A stretch of DNA of 30,735 bases, from contig JAEOSK010000029.1 of the NCBI GenBank assembly GCA_016840405.1, positions 1-30,735 on the forward strand. The letters are read 5' to 3'. The position numbers and the translations under genes were made by a program. The DNA comes from Candidatus Hermodarchaeum yapensis (GTDB lineage Archaea > Asgardarchaeota > Hermodarchaeia > Hermodarchaeales > Hermodarchaeaceae). Below the pieces are notes generated by a model. It saw nothing but the letters and a program-made list of their open reading frames with translations. It had not been told where the DNA came from and ran no database searches. Positions 1-7,276 of this stretch are shown piece after piece. Positions within the stretch are counted from its first letter, which is position 1. Each line of letters begins with the position of its first letter.

Positions 1-317
1 ATCTTTTCATACACTTCAACGCGATATTTCGGCTCCACTTTCAAAAATACCAGGGCTTCATCTGTTGACTTTCCAAGTAACCGTAAAGAATCGGGAGATA
101 AATCGATAAACCCTCGACCGGTTCGAATCAGTTTGAGGCCTCGAAGTTTCCGTAAGTGGTTACTTAATGCTTGGCGGGTAATCTTCAATTCCTTGGCTAA
201 CTGGGCTTGCGTCCGAGTGACAGTCTGAACAGACACGGGTACACTGGCCATGTACAATCTGCGGAGGATTTCCAGTTGCCGTTCTGTAAGCCGAACAACT
301 CTGTCAACTAGTTCCAA
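1..317 (-). CDS. Winged-HTH Lrp/AsnC-like transcriptional regulator (partial, 3' end outside window)
   Basis: Not in ORF track. Manual translation: (M)ELVDRVVRLTERQLEILRRLY...TQAQLAKELKITRQALSNHLRKLRGLKLIRTGRGFIDLS...ALVFLKVEPKYRVEVYEK, i.e. an HTH followed by the start of a RAM-like domain. TTG start at 317 with upstream GGTG SD; alternative GTG at 329. Confidence 0.75.
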   Translation of the reverse strand, partial: MELVDRVVRLTERQLEILRRLYMASVPVSVQTVTRTQAQLAKELKITRQALSNHLRKLRGLKLIRTGRGFIDLSPDSLRLLGKSTDEALVFLKVEPKYRVEVYEK

Positions 318-377
318 ACTTTTCCACACCTATGTAAAGTAGTGTCTGTCAGTAGGAGAATTCCTTTTTCAGCGTTG

Positions 378-405
378 TTGTTGTGTAAAGTAAATTAGAC
401 AACAA
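378..405. promoter_or_regulatory. Imperfect palindrome, candidate operator in divergent promoter region
   Basis: TTGTTGTGTAAAGTAAATTAGACAACAA matches its reverse complement at 22/28 positions; TGTAAAGTA is repeated at 333-341 and 384-392. Confidence 0.4.
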
Positions 406-521
406 TGACAAGGTGCGTTTTTAGTGGAGAATGACAACGTTTTTTAACCTTCCAGCATAGCCGAAACCTACAAATTTACCTTCCAAGCATCATACGAAGG
501 CTAAGAATAGAAGGTTTAATT

Positions 522-1031
522 GTGAAATCTCCCCTCTGTACAATTTGTTTGAAAAATTACCCCCTTGTGTGTGGGAACTGCCAAGAGAAGATTAGCGAAG
601 GCGAGATTTCCGAACTCGACATCAAAGTCGCTCGGGTCCTCGTTAATCTTGAAGATCTGTTTCCCTCAATCAAAGAGGTCACTTTCAAACAAGTCTTCGT
701 AGCTGATGGCGTATATGTCGTTCTTGTAGGTAAAGGGGATGTTCGTCGGATTTTAGGCTCTGGACGTCGTGTCCTTCGGCAATTGGAAGAAGAGCTCGGT
801 GCTAAGGTTCGACTTGTCGAAGAAAGTCGTGATCCACAGAAAATCCTTCGCGATCTCATCCGACCAGTTCGTATCCTTGGGATCAATACCATTTGGCTCC
901 CTGATAACAGCTTCGAGCGAAAAGTCCGTATTAGTGAACGAGAACGCGATAATATCCCCTTAACGCTAGAGCAACTGAACAACGTTATCTATGAAATGAC
1001 GGGTGAACGAATTCGCATTGTTTTTGATTAA
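522..1031 (+). CDS. NusA-like protein with N-terminal Zn ribbon and KH domains (PRK06418-like)
   Basis: MKSPLCTICLK...VCGNCQEKISEGEISELDIKVARVL N-terminus, KH-like ILGSGRRV and PVRILGINTIWLPD are typical of this archaeal family; GTG start. Confidence 0.85.
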   Translation: MKSPLCTICLKNYPLVCGNCQEKISEGEISELDIKVARVLVNLEDLFPSIKEVTFKQVFVADGVYVVLVGKGDVRRILGSGRRVLRQLEEELGAKVRLVEESRDPQKILRDLIRPVRILGINTIWLPDNSFERKVRISERERDNIPLTLEQLNNVIYEMTGERIRIVFD

Positions 1032-1046
1032 TTTGCGAATCTCCTG

Positions 1047-2381
1047 CTACAGCTGAGTAGGTAACTCGGGTTTAATGAACTCTCTTAATATCACCGAGGC
1101 ATAACTGCCTTTGGGCAAATCGAAACAAATCTGTACTGCAGTCTCCTCGGGTGTTAAAATGGAAGACTGGTAGTTCGCCGGGTTCACCAACAGGGGTCGA
1201 AAAGTGCCTCGTGAACTTAACGTTGGCAGGTCTTTCAATCGAAATTGTGCTGGAGTAATCTTCTCTTTTTCCAAAATGGTTGTTACGATTTCTCCCATGG
1301 ACCCCTCGAAGGAAACATGTTCAAAATCAAATCCAACGATAGGAATTACAATCTGATGTGTACTCTCCCGAACTGCTGTTGTTATCTGAGAAATCACGTC
1401 CTTTGTGACGGGTCGAACCGTATGGATTTCACCCGCAACGGGTTTGGCATAGTCACCGAGAGTAGGTTCTTGCAGCGAAATTCCCTGGATTACTCGCTGA
1501 CTAATCGATTTATTGAAGATATAGGACTGAAACGCGTGCACATATAATCGGGCAAGATCCTTTGGAATCACCTGAAACGCCCCCCTGTAATTGTCAGGAT
1601 GCTTGTTCAAGTAGTGGGTGACTGCCCGTTCATATAATCCATAAGGCACGTCTTCGGTTGACTTACCCTCGTTTGAGTCAAAAGCCTCCTGTGTTGAATC
1701 TTCTGAAACCTCTGTTGGTTCTAAGCCGCCTTCAAGCAAAATCTGAATTGCTTCTTTGTAATTTTCAAGAATCAGCTGTCTTCCGATGAGATGGGTATTG
1801 GGGCGAATGATACCAAACCGCTGTGGTCCGTAGAAATTCAGCGCTCCTCCTGCAGACAGAATTTCCTTTTGAGTGGTCTCGACTCGGGTTTGTGCTTCTT
1901 TGGCAGTAAGATCCACTTCACGAATGGCAATCGTGAACCGGTTTCCCCGGAGGGCTCCTGGCACGATGGGCTGTTTTGCTCGATGAGGATGTAGTATCTG
2001 AACGCCTGAAATTTCACGTCCAATCAAATCTTGAGGGGAACCCCTAAAAGAAACCCGTTGCGAAGTCACGGCACGGCGGTCCTTAATCCCTGCATAGGAG
2101 AACCGTTTGTAGCTTACACCCATTGATCGGCTGAGGCGTCGAATTGCTTGGATTGAATCAAGATTGCGCTTTACAAGGTAGAACACAGTGAATTTGCCCG
2201 CGTGATCGGGATACTCTTTAGTGGTAAGTTCAAGTGGGGCTATTGAACCATCTAATCCAATTTCTTGGACCACAAAATCTTCAGGGGTCTTTTTCAATCG
2301 TCCTCCTATACCGGGAGACTGTGTCGTGAAAACTTCCATGCCGATGTGGGCATCGTACTCTTTGGCTTCCACATGAGTCAC
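1047..2381 (-). CDS. truD: tRNA pseudouridine(13) synthase TruD/Pus7
   Basis: GGRLKKTPEDFVVQE, catalytic YAGIKDRRAVTSQ, GNRFTI, NFYGPQRFG, HAFQSYIFN, FDLPKGSYAS. Confidence 0.96.
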   Translation of the reverse strand: MTHVEAKEYDAHIGMEVFTTQSPGIGGRLKKTPEDFVVQEIGLDGSIAPLELTTKEYPDHAGKFTVFYLVKRNLDSIQAIRRLSRSMGVSYKRFSYAGIKDRRAVTSQRVSFRGSPQDLIGREISGVQILHPHRAKQPIVPGALRGNRFTIAIREVDLTAKEAQTRVETTQKEILSAGGALNFYGPQRFGIIRPNTHLIGRQLILENYKEAIQILLEGGLEPTEVSEDSTQEAFDSNEGKSTEDVPYGLYERAVTHYLNKHPDNYRGAFQVIPKDLARLYVHAFQSYIFNKSISQRVIQGISLQEPTLGDYAKPVAGEIHTVRPVTKDVISQITTAVRESTHQIVIPIVGFDFEHVSFEGSMGEIVTTILEKEKITPAQFRLKDLPTLSSRGTFRPLLVNPANYQSSILTPEETAVQICFDLPKGSYASVILREFIKPELPTQL

Positions 2382-2389
2382 CCCTCACA

Positions 2390-2788
2390 TCATAGTAACG
2401 GTAAATCGCCTGTAATTTTATCCACGGTTTCGGTCCGGGCAGGACCAATGCCCAGAGCGGTCGTTGTACCTGGGGGAAGTTCAGTGAGACCCCGATCGCG
2501 AATTAAATGAACGGGGAGGCCTGCTTTTATCGCCTTATCACGCAGTGTTAATAGTTCTTCTTCACTCGAGACTTTCACGGCGACTTTCTTTTGTCCTTCC
2601 CACAACCACCCTCGCCAAGATACGAGAGAATGCTTCCGGGCTTCCTCAGCTGCAGACACGGCTGCGTGCGCTATTTGCACAGCTATCTTTCCTCGGCTCA
2701 TTTTCAAATCCATTCGAATGACTAAGACCTGCTTGTATTCGAAGGTCTTTGTTTGAATTCGCTTTTTTGGCAGATTCGAATCCTCCAT
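2390..2788 (-). CDS. pth2: Peptidyl-tRNA hydrolase Pth2
   Basis: YKQVLVIRMDLKMSRGKIAVQIAHA, GQKKVAVK, IRDRGLTELPPGTTTALGIGP, DKITGDLPLL. Start placed at ATG 2788; the ORF track extends to 2830. Confidence 0.95.
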   Translation of the reverse strand: MEDSNLPKKRIQTKTFEYKQVLVIRMDLKMSRGKIAVQIAHAAVSAAEEARKHSLVSWRGWLWEGQKKVAVKVSSEEELLTLRDKAIKAGLPVHLIRDRGLTELPPGTTTALGIGPARTETVDKITGDLPLL

Positions 2789-2900
2789 ATCAACGCAATC
2801 CCCGGTGAATGCCCTTAAGTAATTAACCATCAGCCGATGGATACTTGAATATGGTTATCAGAATTGAAATAGTTAAACCTCTATTCTCACCCAGAGAGTG

Positions 2901-4118
2901 ATGACCGTGAAGCCTGAAGTTGTTGTGGTTGGAGCAGGACCCGCTGGAGGTCTTGCAGCCCGGCAGCTGGCACGAAAAGGTCACACGGTCTTAATTTTAG
3001 AAGAACATAAGAAAGTAGGTCAACCGGTTCATTGTGCTGGACTTATTGGAATAAATGGGTTGCATGAAAACGGAGTTATACCCAAATCTAAAGTGATAAT
3101 TCGACGAGTACGACAATCAATTTTTCATGCACCGGGTGGGGGGCAGTTGGTTCTTGATAAAGGCGAACCTCATGCCTATGTTCTGCATCGGGATCGCCTT
3201 GACCAACAAATCGTTCAGGAAGCCGAGGCGGCGGGAGCTACTGTGCAATTGGAAACCCGCGTCACTCGTTGTAAGCGAGAGCAGAATGGAATGCGTGTTA
3301 CGATTCGCGAACGGGAATCAAAACGTGATCTACACGCACAATTTGTTGTGAACGCAGAGGGGGTTCGAGCCCGGCTAGCTCAAGACCAAGGGCTTCCAAG
3401 ACCCAAGCGTGATTATATGCTTCCAGCTCTGCAATATGAAGTGACAAACGTCGCACTCCCACCAGATGCAGTTCATTTGTACTTCAATTCTGCGCTCGCA
3501 AGAGGGTTCTTCGCTTGGATTATTCCTCTAGAAACTAACCATGCCCGAGTCGGATTAGCTTCGGCTCATCGGCAGATTCGCCAGGCTCTTGATAAGTTTC
3601 TTATTCAAAACCAACTTCTTTCGGGAGCTAAGATTGAGAAACGCTATGGTGGAATTGTATATGCGGGAGGCCCCTCCTCACGAACAATAGCTCCACGTTT
3701 TGTCAACATTGGAGATGCTGCTGGACAAACCAAAGCTACTACTGGTGGTGGTGTCGTCGCGGGTGGAGCTTGTGCAATTATGGTTGCATCAAACATCAGC
3801 AATGCACTTCAAAATGGCAGTTACAACCACCGAGACCTCCAAAGGTATGAGCGAAGGTGGAAACGAAGTTGGGGACGTCAACTCCAACTAATGGCATATC
3901 TCCGCCGATTTGTAAACACGCTCGAAAACCATGAACTGGATCAACTTTTCGAGAAATTACAGGCAAGTAAGGCTCGAGAAGTTATTCAACGTAGAGGCGA
4001 TATTGATCATCAGGGACGACTAATCACTTCGGCGTTGACATCTCCTGTGCTGTTGCAGAGTGTGCTGAAGTTATTGTTCTCAAAAAGTCGGTTTCTGCCC
4101 AAGATTCTACGTGGCTAG
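2901..4118 (+). CDS. Geranylgeranyl reductase family FAD-dependent oxidoreductase (DGGR-like)
   Basis: VVVVGAGPAGG dinucleotide motif, PVHCAG, GFFAWIIP, GDAAGQTKATTGGG. Confidence 0.85.
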   Translation: MTVKPEVVVVGAGPAGGLAARQLARKGHTVLILEEHKKVGQPVHCAGLIGINGLHENGVIPKSKVIIRRVRQSIFHAPGGGQLVLDKGEPHAYVLHRDRLDQQIVQEAEAAGATVQLETRVTRCKREQNGMRVTIRERESKRDLHAQFVVNAEGVRARLAQDQGLPRPKRDYMLPALQYEVTNVALPPDAVHLYFNSALARGFFAWIIPLETNHARVGLASAHRQIRQALDKFLIQNQLLSGAKIEKRYGGIVYAGGPSSRTIAPRFVNIGDAAGQTKATTGGGVVAGGACAIMVASNISNALQNGSYNHRDLQRYERRWKRSWGRQLQLMAYLRRFVNTLENHELDQLFEKLQASKAREVIQRRGDIDHQGRLITSALTSPVLLQSVLKLLFSKSRFLPKILRG

Positions 4119-4129
4119 CCTGCTAGACG

Positions 4130-4474
4130 CTAATATTCTCGCCAGGTCTGTTCACATTTTGTGCACCGATAAAATGTCGTCATACCTTCGTCTCCGGAGC
4201 GTGTCTGGACCTGCCAGTAGTAGGCTTCATTGTTCCCACATTTTGCACAAATCGCTCGGACTGTAGGCATTGTACGTTGCTCTAGCAACTTCTCATCGAT
4301 GACCACAGTTTCCTCATTTTCGGGGAGGTGAGTGATTTTCTCTCCGATTCGGTATTTTTCCTTGGTTTTTGATGTCAAACGCTTCGTGTAACCGCAGTTT
4401 TGACAGGATAAAACCTTCTTTTTCCCATTTTTTTGGGGACTCAAGATGCTTGAACAATTAGGACAGAATTCCAT
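4130..4474 (-). CDS. tfs: Transcription factor S (TFS/RpoM)
   Basis: Two Zn ribbons (MEFCPNC...CQNCG; CAKCGN...CTKC) and acidic hairpin QTRSGDEGMTTFYRC. Confidence 0.95.
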   Translation of the reverse strand: MEFCPNCSSILSPQKNGKKKVLSCQNCGYTKRLTSKTKEKYRIGEKITHLPENEETVVIDEKLLEQRTMPTVRAICAKCGNNEAYYWQVQTRSGDEGMTTFYRCTKCEQTWREY

Positions 4475-4532
4475 GTAGCGATTACTCCCTTCCTACGAGG
4501 ATTAGAAAGCATACGAAAAATGACATAATAAT

Positions 4533-5009
4533 CTATTGGCTTTCCGTGGTGTCCTGCATCTGTCCTTGTTCAAAAATGCGTTGGAGAAGAACAGAAAAAC
4601 TCCGAGCTATGTTTTCGCTGCGTTTTTTCCGTGACTGCTGTGTGCCCGTGTCATACAACAGAAACTGTTCCTGTAACACATTCACGGCATCAGAGATTGA
4701 AAAAAACCCACTTAACCAGCCATACGCAATCATGGCTTCAACGCAATCTCCCAGTCCATGGGCATCCAGACGGGATGGAGCGAGGTGACGGAGTTCTGCA
4801 AAGCGTAGTGCTGCCGCAAGAATTTTCCCTGAAACTTTTTCTGCCCCAAAATTTTGCGAGTGAAGGGAGTAAGCAAGAGAAAACAATAAGTTAGTTAACG
4901 GGTCGCCAAGCTTCGCGAGATCTTTTCGTCGCATTGCTGCTTGAATCGAATCAATTCCTTCGCTTTCAAGAAGTGTTTTAAGACTCTTGAGTTCCGTCAC
5001 GCCGGTCAC
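4533..5009 (-). CDS. Archaeal RNase III-family protein (mini-III-like, no dsRBD)
   Basis: KDLAKLGDPLTNLLFSLA and GDCVEAMIAYGWL resemble RNase III signature motifs; GTG start overlaps the rpoL stop (GTGA). Confidence 0.8.
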   Translation of the reverse strand: MTGVTELKSLKTLLESEGIDSIQAAMRRKDLAKLGDPLTNLLFSLAYSLHSQNFGAEKVSGKILAAALRFAELRHLAPSRLDAHGLGDCVEAMIAYGWLSGFFSISDAVNVLQEQFLLYDTGTQQSRKKRSENIARSFSVLLQRIFEQGQMQDTTESQ

Positions 5010-5296
5010 GCGGCTTTAAGGGCTTTCTGAAACTCAGATCGCAGCTCCTCGGTTCGGTCGATAAGTTTCTTTGCGGCTTTTCGAAAAACATTAATGGCTT
5101 TAGCTTTGCCATCGGTTCGGACGATGAATTGAGAACTCCGGGTTAGAGGGTGGGGAACAGAATAGCCGGCAAAGGTTAGATGGTCATCTTCGAATAGAAT
5201 TTCACGAAGTGGATTACACAGTGTGTGGCCTTCACCTTCAATTTCTAGCTCTAATTCTCTGGAGGTGTTTTTGATTACTTTGATGTTCATAGTCAT
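5006..5296 (-). CDS. rpoL: DNA-directed RNA polymerase subunit Rpo11 (L)
   Basis: ELEIEGEGHTLCNPLR...FAGYSVPHPL RPB11/L signature. Confidence 0.96.
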   Translation of the reverse strand: MTMNIKVIKNTSRELELEIEGEGHTLCNPLREILFEDDHLTFAGYSVPHPLTRSSQFIVRTDGKAKAINVFRKAAKKLIDRTEELRSEFQKALKAA

Positions 5297-5348
5297 CGAA
5301 CCTTTACATGAAGTGTCTAAGGAGCAGGCAGACCGTACACAACTCCGC

Positions 5349-5361
5349 TTTTAACCTTGTC
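5349..5361 (-). promoter_or_regulatory. Candidate BRE/TATA for rpoL-rnc-tfs
   Basis: Minus strand GACAAGGTTAAAA, about 55 nt upstream of the rpoL start. Confidence 0.4.
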
Positions 5362-5404
5362 GGAGATAAGTCCTCTTCTTTCAGGTGGGAGATGAATCAA
5401 GGGG

Positions 5405-5410
5405 TTTATA
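5405..5410 (+). promoter_or_regulatory. Candidate TATA box for the structured ncRNA
   Basis: TTTATA about 22-27 nt before the start of the GC-rich structured segment at ~5432. Confidence 0.45.
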
Positions 5411-5431
5411 GAATTTTTTGCAACAGCTCTA

Positions 5432-5680
5432 GGTATGCCCGACTGGAACCCTATTGCACCAGTCATTACGTGGCAGGGCGGCATCTACACACATGAAGCC
5501 CCCTCCAGCATATGCAAGAAATTCCCCTGAACAAGGGGCAGGTGTGGGGCGGAGCAGCGTCAGAACCTAGCAAGTTTCGGGCCCAAAGCGCCTCGGCGAC
5601 GAGCGTAACAGGAAGGAAAAGTCCGAAGCCCCTACATCCAAGGGAGGGAGGATGTCACAGTCTTGCTTTAACAGGGCTAG
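5432..5680 (+). ncRNA. Putative structured ncRNA; 3' part resembles an IS200/IS605 right end / TnpB omega-RNA
   Basis: Stems: GACTGG(5441-46)/CCAGTC(5459-64); ATGCC(5435-39)/GGCAT(5480-84); CCCCT/AGGGG (5524-38); GGTGTGGGGC(5541-50)/GCCCCTACATC(5628-38); TTCGGGC(5576-82)/GTCCGAA(5621-27); CTCG-GCGA-CGAG GNRA hairpin (5592-5603). Ends GAAGCCCC...GGGAGGATGTCAC (5625-5658). Confidence 0.55.
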
Positions 5681-5682
5681 TC

Positions 5683-5907
5683 TCATGGAGTAGGGGTGTG
5701 TTTGAATTCACGGTACACGGCTTGGGAACGGTTCACTGCTATTCGAACCTGTGTAGGGTCACCACGAATGGTGACGGTGATGCCTCGTTGATCGGCTTTA
5801 ACTTGGAAGTCAAGTTTTAGTTTGCGTTTTAACTGGTCGATAAAGGTAACTTGGGCTTCTGCACCGGTTAAGGGAAATGTGAGGCTCTTTTTTGTCCATC
5901 GAGCCAC
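5683..5907 (-). CDS. Small protein resembling the N-terminal domain of DUF2067 (short or truncated)
   Basis: Pattern KSLTFPL...FIDQLKRK...VKADQRGITVTIRGDPTQVRIAVNR and position between csl4 and rpoL, where DUF2067 lies in other archaea; only 74 aa; GTG start with purine-rich SD. Confidence 0.55.
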   Translation of the reverse strand: MARWTKKSLTFPLTGAEAQVTFIDQLKRKLKLDFQVKADQRGITVTIRGDPTQVRIAVNRSQAVYREFKHTPTP

Positions 5908-5923
5908 TCTATTCCTTTCCTCC

Positions 5924-6538
5924 TTAATCCTCGGAAGGAAGCTCTTCCTCAGCTGGTTTAGAATTTAGAATCTGACCGTATTTTTGTGAGATTTTGCGTT
6001 GTTCAAAGTTTCCGCATTCAGTACATTCCAGTCGAGTGCCTTGCAGATGAAGAGGTTCTCCACAACGACTACAGGATGCCTGAAAGACGCCAAACCTTGT
6101 TCCGACTGTTGAAAGGCGAGCCAATCCATCAGCTTGCTGTTGTACCCGGGCAATGACTAGATCGCCAGGGGCAAAGAGGTCTCGCATTTGTTCTACATAT
6201 CCGCCAGCGGTATTTTTGATGAACAAATATCCGGAGAAGGTAATAGGGCATTCTGTATTTCCGATTCGAAAGATGTTAATAATGGCAGATTTTTTGGTCA
6301 CGTGTTGGATTTGACCTAGCACCACGTCATTTCGCTTCGGATAGACGGGTTGACGTGTAGAACCCTCAACGCTAATTTTTCGTTCCTTCATATCGATGTG
6401 AACAATTCCAGTAATAGTTGCATAGATTATGTCATCTTCATCTTGGAATGTTCCTTCACCTGGGAGGTATTCTTCAATCACTCCTAACCTTTCCCCAGGC
6501 AAAACAGAGTCTCCCTCTTTGATACGTTGATTTATCAT
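5924..6538 (-). CDS. csl4: Exosome RNA-binding subunit Csl4
   Basis: VLPGERLGVIEEYLPGEGT, S1 domain (FAPGDLVIARV), C-terminal Zn ribbon CSRCG...CTECG..EQRKIS. Confidence 0.95.
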   Translation of the reverse strand: MINQRIKEGDSVLPGERLGVIEEYLPGEGTFQDEDDIIYATITGIVHIDMKERKISVEGSTRQPVYPKRNDVVLGQIQHVTKKSAIINIFRIGNTECPITFSGYLFIKNTAGGYVEQMRDLFAPGDLVIARVQQQADGLARLSTVGTRFGVFQASCSRCGEPLHLQGTRLECTECGNFEQRKISQKYGQILNSKPAEEELPSED

Positions 6539-7170
6539 ACATTTTCCTCCTGCTTTTCTATTCGATAGAAATCCACTTTGATTGTGTGCCTTTTTTTCTC
6601 ATGAAAGGACATGGTGGCAGGAAGTGCCATCGGCATTTCCTGTACAAATGAGATTCGCCCACCCAACTCCGAGACAAACCGGGTAATGAATTTCCGTCCG
6701 CCTTCCGACGCTTTATGTAACGAATAAATTACACTTCCAATTTCCAACGCTTTTTGGAGAAAGGGTTGATCGGCGTGAACCCGTTGAACTCCAAACGGGG
6801 CATTCATCAACACCGTATCTGCCTGGGCTGTGATTGCCTTGATATCTTGTGCGACGAACTCAATGCGATCTTTCACACCAAGTTGTACTGCGTTTTGTTC
6901 TGCGACATTTAATACTTTCGAATCAATGTCGACACCAACGACATGACGTGCTCCGAGCAACGCCGCTCCAATCGCGAGACGTCCAGGTCCACATCCCAAA
7001 TCATACACAAGTTGTTCTTCGATATCTCCATAGGTTGCTGCCGTAAAGAGCATCGTCGCAGCCACTGTATCCGAGATTTCATACTGTTCACTACTCGCGC
7101 AAGGCTCAGGAAAACCACATATCTGGCTAAGCAATATTTCCAAGCGTTTCCGTGGCAGTCGTACGAACAT
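6535..7170 (-). CDS. METTL5-like rRNA N6-adenine methyltransferase
   Basis: EQY, DLGCGPGRLAIGA, MNAPFG, FHEKK; conserved position upstream of csl4. Confidence 0.9.
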   Translation of the reverse strand: MFVRLPRKRLEILLSQICGFPEPCASSEQYEISDTVAATMLFTAATYGDIEEQLVYDLGCGPGRLAIGAALLGARHVVGVDIDSKVLNVAEQNAVQLGVKDRIEFVAQDIKAITAQADTVLMNAPFGVQRVHADQPFLQKALEIGSVIYSLHKASEGGRKFITRFVSELGGRISFVQEMPMALPATMSFHEKKRHTIKVDFYRIEKQEENV

Positions 7171-7276
7171 TAAAATGAACGCCCTCTACCTTTTTTAGAC
7201 CCATTGTATTGTTATCACTTAATTGCATCGAGGATTCCTAACTTAAAATTCTCGCATAAATGGAGGCTTCCAAGTA

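Noticed and set aside
5492-5555. Eukaryote-like SECIS element (ATGAA-GCCCC...GGGGC-GGAG)
   Set aside because: Helix II is poor and there is no same-strand selenoprotein candidate. The TGA at 5683 is on the other strand and is followed by TAG two codons later.
5536-5560. SRP (7S) RNA helix 8 (CAGG...AGCAG)
   Set aside because: No GNRA-capped stem between the two half-motifs and no Alu domain or long helix 5.
5560-5630. RNase P RNA (GGAAGGAAAAGTCC resembles CR-I; CAGAACC resembles CR-V)
   Set aside because: The motifs are in the wrong order, other conserved regions (GAAAC, GNGCAA) are missing, and the P4-like pairing is only a local stem without the bulged U.
5432-5660. Multi-hairpin H/ACA guide RNA (stems followed by ACA at 5487, 5634, 5657)
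   Set aside because: No bipartite pseudouridylation pockets or clear apical K-turns; cannot be fully excluded without a covariance search.
5308-5820. ORFs 5308-5496 and 5512-5820 (+) as proteins
   Set aside because: No recognisable domain; they overlap promoter candidates, the structured RNA and an opposite-strand gene. No TnpB RuvC or Zn-finger motifs.
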